A stretch of 64,000 nucleotides of DNA from Saccostrea echinata (lineage: Eukaryota), in NCBI RefSeq assembly GCF_033153115.1, contig NW_026889803.1, positions 36,146,001 through 36,210,000 on the forward strand. The letters are read 5' to 3'. This document shows, one piece after another, positions 1 to 11,600 of the stretch (positions within the stretch are counted from its first letter, which is position 1; each line of letters starts with the position of its first letter). Under the pieces are notes generated by a model, which saw only the letters and a program-made list of their open reading frames with translations, searched no databases and had not been told where the DNA came from. The translations under genes were made by a program, and so were the position numbers.

Positions 1-807
1 TTACTCCTGGACACCAAGCAGTCAAACTGTTAACATGATTGTAATAAGCATTGGGCCCTCTACCAAAATTGTGAAATTCATGGCCCCAGGGTCAGGGGTT
101 CTGGTGCTACCCTTACAAAAAAGTACTATAGTTTACTATAGTTAACTATAGTTTACTAAAGTATCAACGTTTTTTCACTATAGTAAATCAAAGTATTTTA
201 CTGTGGATTTCAGATCGTTATATTTTTTTCTTCAATTCATATATGCACATTTTTTATATCAAATTGAAATATTATTTGTATATTTAAACATTATTTCCAA
301 ATTTTACATTACTGTTATCGCATTTTAGAGATTTTAAGCTTTGAAATCTCAAAAAAAGTTCCAGAGTAAAGTTTCATAGTAAATCAAACTATCAAAGTTT
401 TCACTATAGTTAACTCTAGTTAACTTTAGTAAATTTTTGTTAGGGTAGGGTGGGGCTATAAAGATCATATAATGAAAATGGATTAATTCTTTGAAAATCT
501 TCTCTGCTCCTGAGTATTAAATAAACTAAGTACATAGTTATGATGAGCAAGACTGCCTCTTCCAAAATTATGAATTTCATGGCCCCAGGGTCAGGGTTTC
601 TGGTGTCAGGGCGGGGCTCTATTGATTATATAGTGAAAATGCATTAATTCTTTGAAAATCTTCTTCTCTGCTCCTAGCTATTAAATAAACTAACTAAATA
701 CATAGTTATGATGAGCAAGAGTGCCTCTTCCAAAATTGTGAATTTCATGGCCCTATGGTCAGGTGTTCTGGTGTTAGGGCGGGGCTATATAGATCATATA
801 GTGAAAG

Positions 808-842
<35 letters not shown>

Positions 843-945
843 TGGGTATTATTTAAACAAACTAAATACATAGTTATGATAAGCAATGATGCCTGTTCCA
901 AAATTGTGAAATTCATGGCCCCAGGGACAGGGGTTCTAGTGCTAA
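1..945 (+). repeat. ~165-bp satellite-like tandem array (central repeats of a non-autonomous Helentron/HINE-type element; left part outside window)
   Basis: Recurrent unit 'ccaaaattgtgaatttcatggccccagggtcaggggttctggtgttagggcggggcta...gaaaatcttcttctct'; same unit as the 25050-27190 array. Confidence 0.85.
110..445. mobile_element. MITE with CCC...GGG termini and 2-bp TSD (CMC/EnSpm-like)
   Basis: Ends CCCTTACAAAAA / TTTTTGTTAGGG; TA on both sides (108-109, 446-447); removing it restores the satellite unit ctggtgc-ta-gggtggggcta; subterminal ACTATAGT arrays; second copy at 55797-56165. Confidence 0.85.
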
Positions 946-964
946 ATGTAATATTATTCTCATC

Positions 965-1990
965 ATTGAATCCTTTTGTTAATTACTAAAATTACTAGAC
1001 ATTGCTTTGTCCTATTTTAGGAATGACTCTAATTCTTGGCCAAGTCATTCGAGTATAACCTGGTTTGGGTCAGTTTACGCTTTATAATCTGCGAAGCGGA
1101 TTATAAATCAGCGTTAAAACAGAGGACTGGATATGAGAGGATTGCATGGATACAGATGATTCAGCTGCTTGTCAGGGGGGCGTGTTCCCATACTAAACCA
1201 GGTTGTACAGATTTAACCTGCGTTTCTTTTTGGATATTGACCAATCAAAGGGTAGATTACAACCAAAATTAAATTATCAAACAATGGAGAAGTTTAAACT
1301 AAAAATATAAATGCCCGAGGAAAATAAGTTTTTTAAAACAGGGAGTTTTGAAATCCATAGCATCATATCTATATATAGGATCTTCCATGATTTGTAGTTG
1401 GATATGATTTTTATCCAACGAGTTGTGTGTGTTTTTTTTTTATCCCCGAGCCTTGGCGAGGGGATAAAAACACGAGTTGGATAAAAGTCATATCCAACTA
1501 CAAATCATGGGAGATTCTTTTTATCCCATGTTTAATACTCCACAACCAATGTTTTACACTGTTTTATATAAAGGACTCCACTTAATTTTACTTCATCACG
1601 CTAACACCATTGTGACGTCACAACTGCACTTAACTGTGGAATATGAAAAAATTATCCAATGAGTCATATCCACGGGATAAAGGGGTAAACATGGGATAAA
1701 TTAGATTATATGTCAAAAGTTTTCTCTCTTTCTTGAGATCAGTCACCCATACGGTAAATTTTCCGTTCATTTTTTTTTCTTTTTAAAATGCATTCAATTG
1801 AAACGCTATTGGGTTTTAATAATTTGAATAAAAAAGAGGAAGTTTAAAAGAAACGAATATCATTAACATTGCGGGCTTTTTTAACCTATAAATTAATATT
1901 TGTTATATCTATTCCTCATTTGTAACTTTAGAAGCGTCCTGCATTAGAAATATAAGAATATATCATGGTTTATCGACATCGTCAGATTTT
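965..1990 (+). repeat. Copy A of a ~0.7-1-kb low-copy local duplication (copies B ~28645-29475, C ~30105-31147 plus 53321-53400)
   Basis: Shared collinear blocks: 'ctaaaattactagaca', 'tgcattcaattgaaacgc', 'aaagaggaagtttaaa', 'gcattagaaatat', 'tatcgac..c.tcagatt'. Confidence 0.75.
1375..1700. mobile_element. Fold-back insertion, possibly a non-autonomous Crypton-like element
   Basis: Arms ccatgatttgtagttggatatga.ttttatccaac (1385-1419) and gttggataaaagtcatatccaactacaaatcatgg (1476-1510) around the central hairpin TTATCCCCGAGCCTTGGCGAGGGGATAA; absent from duplicate copies B and C. Confidence 0.55.
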
Positions 1991-2951
1991 CCTTTCCGTT
2001 TCCGAAGAATTGTATGATTTCATCAAATGTAGGTAAATTTTGTTTAGAGTAAAAGAATACAGTCGAATGTCTAATCTTCTTGTCCTGGTCATAAAAAAGA
2101 CTATCTGCCATTTCATTTATCTACATGTATTGAGGCTTATAAATGTGTACAGGCATGTATCTTGTAACGATAAAGTAATTTGATTAATAACTTAATTGAT
2201 AAATTATGAAAGTCTTTTTTAACCTCACTCATTTAAGCCTTTTCTATGCTTTCTTCATTTCATGAATTAAAACAATTGAAACATTTATAGTTTTTCCATC
2301 TTTCAGATAAAGGCTGTAATGCTTTAGTATCAAAGAATATATCGCTGTAATGCTTTGGTATCAAAGAATATATCAACTATAGCTACAGAAAAAAATAACT
2401 ACACTTGATAAAGCATGTGTAAGCATAACAAACGAACAAATACAATTCTCCGTCGCATGTAAATTCATTATTTCGTATGTTTAGTATAATGATATTCAGA
2501 TCAATTCTTTAAATTTAGAATAGATTTTGTGCAATGTTAAATATCAGCTAGTATTTCTTGGTTTGAATGTTAAATTATGCGTGCTTGAAGTGATATGGGA
2601 TTTTTCATATTGTAAACGACAATTCGACGCCGTGGAATTAAAAGGTCGTAAGTGGCAGATACGACAAAATTGACTTTTTTAGCAATCTAAAAAATACATA
2701 ACATATTGTATAACTTATCAAAATATTAAAATCATATTCTATTTATTACCATGGTTACGGGGAAATAACATTTGGTCGTATCTGCACGGTATAAACATAA
2801 AAGGTTGTAAGTGGCAGATAAGACTTTTTAACGCTACATATTGTGATGCATTTACGTCGTAAGTGGCAGTTACGACGTTTCATAATTAGTTATCACAAGT
2901 AAACACATCGTCATGCCATGCTGCTGAAGAGGGGAAAAAAGAATAAAAACT

Positions 2952-3829
2952 ATGAATGGTAAGTAAAATATAATATTTTTGTGAAGGAATTTGCATGATT
3001 TATTCATTGCAATCGTTATAATTTACGAAATTTAAAAGAAAACGATGTAAATAAATATGTTGCAAAGGTTTTGAAAATTTGTACGGAGATCATTAAAAGC
3101 AATGAAAATCGTACTAAAATACTTCTTACAAATATACAATAAATGATTCAGAGCAAATATTTACTTTAAGGCACAAATGCTAAAATAGTTTGGAATAAAA
3201 TAATCACTGATTGCAATTTTTTAACAGGATAAAAGAACTATGAAGAATAATTTTTACAGGGGTCATTTTTAGCAATTTATAGGTATCGAGAAGGAAATGT
3301 AAAATGTTAATTTGCATATTTTATATTCTGTTTATTACTGTACATTTTTAAATACACATAGCGATTAATTATTTAAAATCGTGTCGACCTTCAAAGTACG
3401 ACGTGCACTGTTTGAGTCTTTAAAATTGTTTGTTTTATATTAGCATTTTGTTTTTTAAGATGTTGTTTTATAAAAATTGAAGTGTTATCTAGGTCATGCA
3501 GCATACTGTCTTTGGAGTAGTTTTGTACCTATACATTTTACGCGAATATTTTTGCCTTGTTTTTAGATTTGTCCTGTGAATACTGCTTACAAACAAAGGA
3601 CAAGCTGCAAATAATTGAAAAAGAACTTTGCATTATTGAGCAAAACTTTGAAAGATCTTGGGATGCAATTCATCAGGATGATGTTCATCCATACATTCGA
3701 AACTTGTGGATCACACACTTATTTAATGATCAAAACCGAATAGACATCCTCAAATTTAAAGAAAAACAAATAAACAAAGAAATAAGGGATCATCTTAATC
3801 AACAGCATAACGCAAAATGTCAGCTGTAG
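2952..3829 (+). CDS. Putative small spliced accessory ORF of Sola1 (89 aa; exons 2952-2958 and 3567-3829)
   Basis: ATG AAT G|GTAAGT donor and tttttAG|AT acceptor join in frame to give MNDLSCEYC...; helical/coiled-coil-like; overlaps the transposase start by 13 nt. Confidence 0.4.
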
Positions 3830-6252
3830 ATATAGATTCAGATGAAGAAGAAAGCTTAACACTTAGTAGATTGAAGGCAAAGTTACAAACTAAAAATACC
3901 AGTATATGTGATACTGAAGATGATATTCCTCTTAATATATTGGCAAAAACCATAAAAGAAGGTCAAAACAATCAAAGTACTAGTGAGAAACACGTTTCTG
4001 ATAAACAGGAACAATTCAATGTTCATACAGTGGATCATTTAGATTATTTTAGATCTACATGTGAAAATGGTGATGTGGAAGTCTACCATGCTAGTTCTGA
4101 ATCATCCTGTGTTAACACTGAGTTATCTGAGGAAAATGTCTCCAACAAAAATGATGTTGATTCAATGGAGTGTGACGGAATTTTTGACATGAATGAGACT
4201 GATATTGTTGATGATGAAGAAGTTCAAGAGTTAAATGATGTCTCTCTCAACCTTGATGTACTGCGTCCGCTCTTTGACATACCAGACACTGCCTCAGAAA
4301 CATCATTCTACATGATACTTGGAAATGAAGTTATACTTGAAGTAGATATTCATGACGAGGATTTGACCATCGGAACTGACTCAAAGCAAGAAAGTGATAA
4401 AGAAAATGAAGAAACTGGAAGTGATCTCGATGATGACACAGACACTAAGTCTTCTCAAATGGAATCTGATCAAGAAGAAAGGCCCTTTAGATCCCGTCGA
4501 CACAAAAAAGAACCAGAAAAGTGGAAACAAAATATAAGAAAAAGGAAACGTAATGCTGGTGAAGAGTATCTATCATGTAAAGGAAAAAGAATACAAAGAC
4601 GAACGATGCAAAGACCAAATTGTAAATGCAAGTATAAATGTGCAGATAAAATTTCAGAAGAAAATCAGCAAACCATCTTTCAGAACTACTGGGGAAACAG
4701 TTACAGCAGTCAAAGAGACTTTATTAAACGCCATGTAAGAAAAGAAGAAAAAGCCAGAAAAACAACAAAACGAGATTCTAGAAGAAAAAATACTTACCAA
4801 TACAGGCTTTCAAATGAAACTGAAACAGCTCAAGTATGCAAAATCTTTTTCTTAAAAACTCTGGGTATTGGAGAAAAAACTGTATCATACACATTGACCA
4901 ATAAAGAAGAAATCGGCCCTGAGGACAAGAGAGGAAGAAAGCCTGGAATTTACAAAATATCTGATGATGATCGGCAGTTCGTAAGAGAACATATTAAATC
5001 ATTTCCTACAGTCGATTCACATTATTGTAGAAAAACAACGTCTAGAAAATATTTGGGAAAAGATTTGTCAATTAAAAACATGTACGAGTTGTACAAGCAG
5101 AAATGTGAAAAAGAAGAAAGAACTCCAGTTAAGTACTGGCCCTACGACAAAATATTCGGAACCGAATTCAATATAGGTTTCCACCATCCCAAAAAGGATG
5201 TATGTACATTTTGCGACTCGTATGAAAAACTATCCCCCGAGGACAAGGAAATAAAAAAACACGAAAACGAGAAACACCTAAAAAGAAAACAGAACGCTAG
5301 AGAACAGAAAGCTAAAGACAAAATGCGTTCTTTGACTGACGAAAAAATCCAAGTGATCAATTTTGATTTACAGAAGGTGCTTGTGACTCCAAAATTATTT
5401 GTAAGTGATGCCTACTACAGCAGAAAATTGGCAACATATAATTTCACCACATACGATTTGAGCAGCAGAAATGTAAACTGTTATGTCTGGGACGAAAGTC
5501 AGGCCAAGCGTGGAAGTTGTGAAATCGCAACTTGCCTTCTTTTGCATAACAGAAGCGCAGGGGAAAAGGAAGAAGTCATCTATTACTCTGATAGTTGCAC
5601 CGGGCAGCAGCGAAATCTGCAATTTTGTACTATGTGTCTGTATTCTGTCACAAATTTGCCAATCAAAACCATAACCCACAATTACTTTGAAAGAGGTCAC
5701 TCCCAAATGGAGGGAGATTCTGTTCATGCAACAATAGAAAATGCTACAAAACGCTTAGAAATGTACAGCCCTGACGATTGGATTCTTGGAATTAAGAATG
5801 CTAAACAAAATCCTCCGAAGTACAATGTGACAGAAATCAGAAACCACATGGTGATTGACTTCAAAGAATGTGCATCGTCAGTCATTTCAAACCGAAAGAA
5901 AGATGTCAACGGAGAAAACGTCCATTGGAACAAGATCCATAGCTTTCAATATAAAAAAGAAACACCCAACATCATATATTTTAAGTATGAATACAGTGAC
6001 AACTATAAAAAGCTTGATGTATGTCAGGGTAGGAGAAGAACAGTTACCCTAAAAGACTACAAACTTAAAACATTGTATAAAACACGTTTGTCCATTTCTG
6101 CACAGAAACATGCAGATCTCATGAGCCTGTGTAACAAAGGACTTATCCCATCCAAACATCACGTGTTTTATGAAAAGCTCCCTCATGATAAGAAACTTGA
6201 TAAATTGCCAGAGCCCCATTCATCAGACGAGTCAGATTCTGATGCAGTTTAA
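3817..6252 (+). CDS. Sola1 transposase (811 aa)
   Basis: Motifs SHYCR..T.RKYL, FNIGFHHPKKDVCTFC, NFDLQKVL, YYSRKL..YNFT, W.E....RGS.EIA, YSDSCTGQ.RN, FERGHSQMEGDSVHA; acidic low-complexity N-terminus. Confidence 0.92.
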   Translation: MSAVDIDSDEEESLTLSRLKAKLQTKNTSICDTEDDIPLNILAKTIKEGQNNQSTSEKHVSDKQEQFNVHTVDHLDYFRSTCENGDVEVYHASSESSCVNTELSEENVSNKNDVDSMECDGIFDMNETDIVDDEEVQELNDVSLNLDVLRPLFDIPDTASETSFYMILGNEVILEVDIHDEDLTIGTDSKQESDKENEETGSDLDDDTDTKSSQMESDQEERPFRSRRHKKEPEKWKQNIRKRKRNAGEEYLSCKGKRIQRRTMQRPNCKCKYKCADKISEENQQTIFQNYWGNSYSSQRDFIKRHVRKEEKARKTTKRDSRRKNTYQYRLSNETETAQVCKIFFLKTLGIGEKTVSYTLTNKEEIGPEDKRGRKPGIYKISDDDRQFVREHIKSFPTVDSHYCRKTTSRKYLGKDLSIKNMYELYKQKCEKEERTPVKYWPYDKIFGTEFNIGFHHPKKDVCTFCDSYEKLSPEDKEIKKHENEKHLKRKQNAREQKAKDKMRSLTDEKIQVINFDLQKVLVTPKLFVSDAYYSRKLATYNFTTYDLSSRNVNCYVWDESQAKRGSCEIATCLLLHNRSAGEKEEVIYYSDSCTGQQRNLQFCTMCLYSVTNLPIKTITHNYFERGHSQMEGDSVHATIENATKRLEMYSPDDWILGIKNAKQNPPKYNVTEIRNHMVIDFKECASSVISNRKKDVNGENVHWNKIHSFQYKKETPNIIYFKYEYSDNYKKLDVCQGRRRTVTLKDYKLKTLYKTRLSISAQKHADLMSLCNKGLIPSKHHVFYEKLPHDKKLDKLPEPHSSDESDSDAV

Positions 6253-7286
6253 TGCAATGAACTAGTGCATGTAAAACATGATTCATTTATTTGAACTGTA
6301 TCAATAATTGTCATGTTGACAGTTAAACATGGCAATAATTATATTACATAATAATGTGAATTTCATTTTCATTTTTTTTTTTGTTGAAGTTATTTTTTTT
6401 GTTAACTTTTCAAAGAATTTTTATAGCTGTTGCATTCCTTCATAGTTTATTATGGTTGTTATAATTAAACGAAACTGCTTTGTCAATCTTATTTTTGAAT
6501 GTAGAATTCAATTTGATAAATGTTCGTAATTAAAAAAATCTACACTTTTTATACAATATTTTTATTATGTAAAATATAATACAACACGGACTGGGAAGCT
6601 GGCAATCTGCCTATTTGGGCCCTCTCCTTAAAATCTACATTGACTAAGATGAAAAAGATTCTCGTTTACCTTACGTAAATTGTCTTAACATAGTTGATAA
6701 ATTGACCAAAACTATAACAGTTAAAATAAAATATGTTAAACGAAGATCATTAGCAAAGAAAATACATGTTACGGCATGCCAGTCAGAAAAATCTTATTTA
6801 AATTAAAAAAAAAACTTGTATAATATGTTTAAGTTAATCATTGGTCGTAACTGCAATTCCCTTGGTAAAAAAGGTCGTAACTGGCAGATACAACCTTTTA
6901 CATTATCCAACAGTAGCAATGAAAGGTCGTATCTTAATATTTTTATGAATTTCTACCCGATATCTGCATATTTTATGTAATTTTTTTCTTTATTAGTTAA
7001 AAATAATAAGTCTGAATGCATAGTTACCGTAAAGAATGAATTTGAATTGATAGTATTATTTTATAACATTTTTTTCCTCTCCTGTAAAATCATAAAATTA
7101 CAGTTACGACCTTTTCATTCCACGGCGTCGAATTATAGCTTGTACGTAATTTGCTGTTTTCAGGGTTGCGGTGTCTGGTACGCTCTTTAAGGTGTTTTCC
7201 TTCACAAGTGATGCTCAGCACTCATGATCAGAAAAAAGAAAGCATATAAATGCATCAATCTATTGGAAAAAATATAAATACAGGTG

Positions 7287-7289
<3 letters not shown>

Positions 7290-7348
<59 letters not shown>
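7290..7348. repeat. (TA)n microsatellite
   Basis: Directly visible. Confidence 0.98.
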
Positions 7349-7349
<1 letters not shown>

Positions 7350-7761
7350 GTGATATAGGAACTACAGGTGACTCTCGATCTCTCGAAGTTCAAGGGACCG
7401 TTAAAAAAGTTCGAGAGATCGAAGGGTTCGAGAGATAGAAAGTTCATAAATTCCGGAATTTTCAATTCCGATCATCATTGTTCTACTATTATAGACACCG
7501 GAAGTATATGTTGATAATATTCTGGATTTGTCAATGCACTTTTTCATTCGTATTTAACAGGTAATTCACTTGATTTTAACCACAAAGATCGTATTTTGTA
7601 TGAATAAAAAGACTTCTTTTAGTTTCGATATTTATTTGTTCTCATTTCATGATAAACAGTAACATATAATACATGTGTAATAAATAATGTCTGATCTGTT
7701 TCACCGAGTCACGTCACACTACATAAATTGACATAGAGTTTACACAAAGCACATCATCACT

Positions 7762-8171
7762 TTACTTCTTCTGGAAGAAAGTTGTAATTCGTGACTGCTG
7801 GGCCGACTTCTTCAGAATATTGTCTCTGCGTACAGTGTCAAGAATCACATTCATGTGACGCAAAATGTCTTTGCTGTTTTCACGGCACACTAGGTATTGC
7901 CTCACAAGCTCACACGCTGCCTCGGTGTCCTCTGAATTAGGGGGTTGGATAAGGGGCTCACTTGGATCGTCACTTTTCTCTGATTCGTTCATGGGTTCGG
8001 TAGTTTTCTTCATCAAGATTTCCTCTACAATGTCATTATCACTAAGGTCGGCACAGGTCTCGATCTCGTCGTCGATAGTTGTAAATGCCTGGAGCATTTC
8101 TGGGTTTAGTCCATGTGCCCTTAGAGTCGCTAGGGGAATGCTGTCTTCTATGTCGAAGTCTTCATCTTCAT
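7762..8171 (-). pseudogene. pogo/Tigger transposase, 3' part (acidic tail ending QSRITTFFQKK)
   Basis: Removing the Harbinger plus one CTG gives ...NDNATP|DEDEDFDIED... in frame; reconstructed ORF is 1788 nt = 595 aa with no other lesion. Confidence 0.9.
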
Positions 8172-8642
8172 CTGAGGTGCGTTCAACAACGCGAGCGCTC
8201 GCGGGTACTGTCTCTCGCGAGAACAACCTGTCAACTGAACGGATGCGAGCGCTTTCTTGTAAACAATATGGCGGAGAATGAATTGAAAACTTAAACGCAG
8301 GAAAATTGAAACTGAAATGCTAACATATGCTGTAATGTACGATGTCTTTTTTTCGGAATGAGAGTACGTCAGAGGTTTTACATTTATGTTTATTGTTTAC
8401 AGAGGGGAAGTTAACACTCCGACAGTCGAAATGGTTGTAATTGATTGCTTTTTGACATGTAGATGTGGCACTTGTTAACACTTTTTTGTCTCTGATTATT
8501 GTTTATGAGTTCAGGGTTACAATTAAGTGTTTAAACTGTCATATCATGCTTTCGCCAGATCGTCTGCTTCTTTGCCGTCTGCTTTCCTCGAAAGTAAGTC
8601 TCAAGACTTGACAATCTTGCTTAGAGAACAGTTTTCACAATA

Positions 8643-11600
8643 ATGGCTTCAAATAATTTACAGTTATATCTTTGTTCCATATGCAATAATGTGTTTTTAT
8701 CTCTCCATCACTTTAATGATCATTCGTGCCCAAAACAGACAGTTTCGCCAGTCCAACCAGAGCTACTGGGGAGGAGTAATGTTAGGGTTATTTCCAGGTA
8801 TGTACGACGGAAAAATAAAACAGTTCTTTTGAACTGTTCAACAGTATTAGTCTTATAAACAGATGTCTGATGTCAGACAGGATGTCCCCTGCAAGTCTAT
8901 GATCATGATGTGAAACCACAGGCACTTGTGTAGGATCATGGTGTCAGTATGATGCATTCTATCAATAAATTACACATTTTTGAGGACATGTATTGAATAT
9001 TTTTCTGATGTGAAAGATTATGCTATCTGACATGAAACATTTGTTTATAAGACTGATATACTTTGTGTAATTGTGTCCGGTTCTTGGGTTTTTATATTAA
9101 AAAAGAACAAGATGGTTTCGGGTGTGGATCCAATGTTTATATATGAGTTTGGAACATTGTGATGATTAGGATCATGATTAGGATATTTAGGATCAACCCT
9201 ACAATAAGAACAACATATAAACACACATACAATACAAAGACAATACAAACAAATAAACGCATCTTTAACACAAAATTATTTCTAGGTCACCATTAAATAT
9301 TTAAAATAATTAGGTCGCATATCACTCAGTTAATTAGCTCTTTGAACCATTATACAAGTCTTTTACTCTTAATTTATAGAAATATCCTATAAACAATATT
9401 TATATTAATCAATCTGATATGTACACATTTCTGCCCTAGGCCATTCCAAGTTTTTTCTATGTTTAGCGTCTGCGTGCGCCTTGGTTTTTGACACCCTATG
9501 TCAGAAAAACAAACAGAATCAGGAGCCAAAAATTGATTATTTTGGTCAAGTTTTTAAATTTCTGCCGATCTCTCTAAATATTTCTATATGTCATAATTGG
9601 AATATTTGAAGTATTTAATACCTCGATTTTGCTGAAGAAAATAACTTTCTACATGAAAAATAGATTAATGAAATCATTTCCTTTGATTTACTTCATTATT
9701 ATGACTATAAAGTCTGTGTTTCATTTTTTTAGTTTGTGTGTTTTTTGCGAATAGGTAGCTAGGTTTTTGAAAGTTGGGTGGATGCTAAACAGAGAAAAAA
9801 CTTGGAATGGCCTTATATCAGAACATACCCGTTTATGGAACAAGGTGAATTCCTATTCTTTAAACATCACCTCAGATATGAAAATGACCTATTTAACAAT
9901 ATGTAAAATTACAACAAATTCACAAATCCCTTATTTGGGACACATAAATAAAGAACTATGCACGCTAACTCTCGATTCCCGCCTACATTTTACACCCATT
10001 TAATTCAGTATAAATGGCAATTTGACCGTAAAATCTTTTGTTGAATGCAAAAAACAGTTAAATGGTAATTGACTGATAATTTTAATGCCAGTGTTAAATA
10101 GTAATTACCCTTAATTCCAGCTCTTACAATAAGGGGGGTAGACGATATTTTCCATTGAAATCAGGCTTTAAAGCATCAACACATTTTAAAATATTCTTGG
10201 ATATGAATAAATGTTCCTTAAATCATTTCTTATGTTTTCCGCATATAAAGTAAAACAAATATTATTAATAAAATACAATGTTTTAGTTGTAAAACCCTTT
10301 GAAATTGATGAAAAAAAAGCATTTTTGTAGTTTTTTGTCTGTAAACATATGTTCCCCCCTAATAGACCAATAGAAATCAATGTTAAAATCAATAATGCTA
10401 TAACCTATCTCCTACAATACCTGGTAGTCTACCAGGAGTGCTATGCTACATTATTTAAAATAAGGGTGTTTAGGTTTATTACAGACACTGAACAAAGACA
10501 AAATAGAGTGTTAGTATATCGCATTGTACAGCGCTGAATGAATGAGTGAATGAATAAATGAATAAAATAATGAATGAGAATAATACACAAAATTAATTAA
10601 AATAAATATCCTAAAAATAAAAAGTACAACTACCACATAATCATGGTTGGTATGTGTATGGGAGTATAAGTAGACTTAGTCTAGCTCTTAGTAATAGTCA
10701 CATAAATCTCTTGTTAATTGTAGTGAAACTGAAGGAACAGAGGGTAAGAGAAAGTTATTTTTTATATATTTGCCTGCATTTTATAAGCTATGTATGAATA
10801 TTGCTATGTTTATGAGAATACTATAAGTGCTACTCTGGTTTATTTATTCACATATTTTTTTTTATATTTATTTTCTCTAGTTGAACAGACTCCTGATCAG
10901 GAGGAAATTAATAACACCACAACAGGTTTTATAAAATTAATATTTGGCAAATTATGATATAAAACTTTTGGATAAAAAATGGAGGAGAACAGGACAAGGG
11001 CAATCTCCCACTGACTCTGAGACAATATTTTCTCCATATTCTTTATATATGGTCAAAATACTTGAAAATTAGATATTTTTCTAAGTAAAAATATTAAAAT
11101 GTGTAATGATCATAAATCAAATAAAAAGCAAAGTAGATTTCATGCAACTAAAAATAAAATATCAAGAATAATAAGGGAATAAGATGTTTTACTTTAAATA
11201 TTTGGGGAATTCTAGTTTGATGTTTGGAATTAGTAGGACAGATCCAGAATTTGAAGGGGGGTGATAAGGCAGGGACCTAGACCCCCTGAATTCTAGGGAT
11301 TTAGTAGGGCATGCAGAAATAGTCTTCTAAGTACATGTAGATATTTTTACTATTTTTTGTCTTCATTAGAATTAATAAAACTATGAATATATTTTAAGGT
11401 ATGTGAAAACAGAGCCCTGGAAATAACGCCCCCAAGCTTGCAAGAATATATATAGAAATAAGTCTTTTATTTATACCGCTTTATCTAATAATTTATTTCT
11501 TTTTAAAGAGATAAAACCACAAATTAATGAATGCGACAAATTTATTGGGGATGCATGGTAGGTATGCCCCTCTTAAATCTCTACCATTGGGGAATGATAC

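Larger units (their letters stand above)
2625..7130 (+). mobile_element. Sola1 DNA transposon, full length, potentially autonomous
   Basis: ~30-bp TIRs CGACGCCGTGGAAT(T/G)AAAAGGTCGTAA(G/C)TG; 4-bp TSD AATT (2621-2624, 7131-7134), matching the AWWT preference of Sola1; intact transposase ORF. Confidence 0.93.

Noticed and set aside
708-989. ORFs in satellite units (also 26707, 27056, 56311-57796)
   Set aside because: Translations of tandem-repeat DNA.
2020-2400. Possible host exons around the Sola1 insertion
   Set aside because: Splice-like signals are present but no coherent reading frame could be built.
7202-7465. YIYIYI ORFs
   Set aside because: Read-through of the (TA)n microsatellite.
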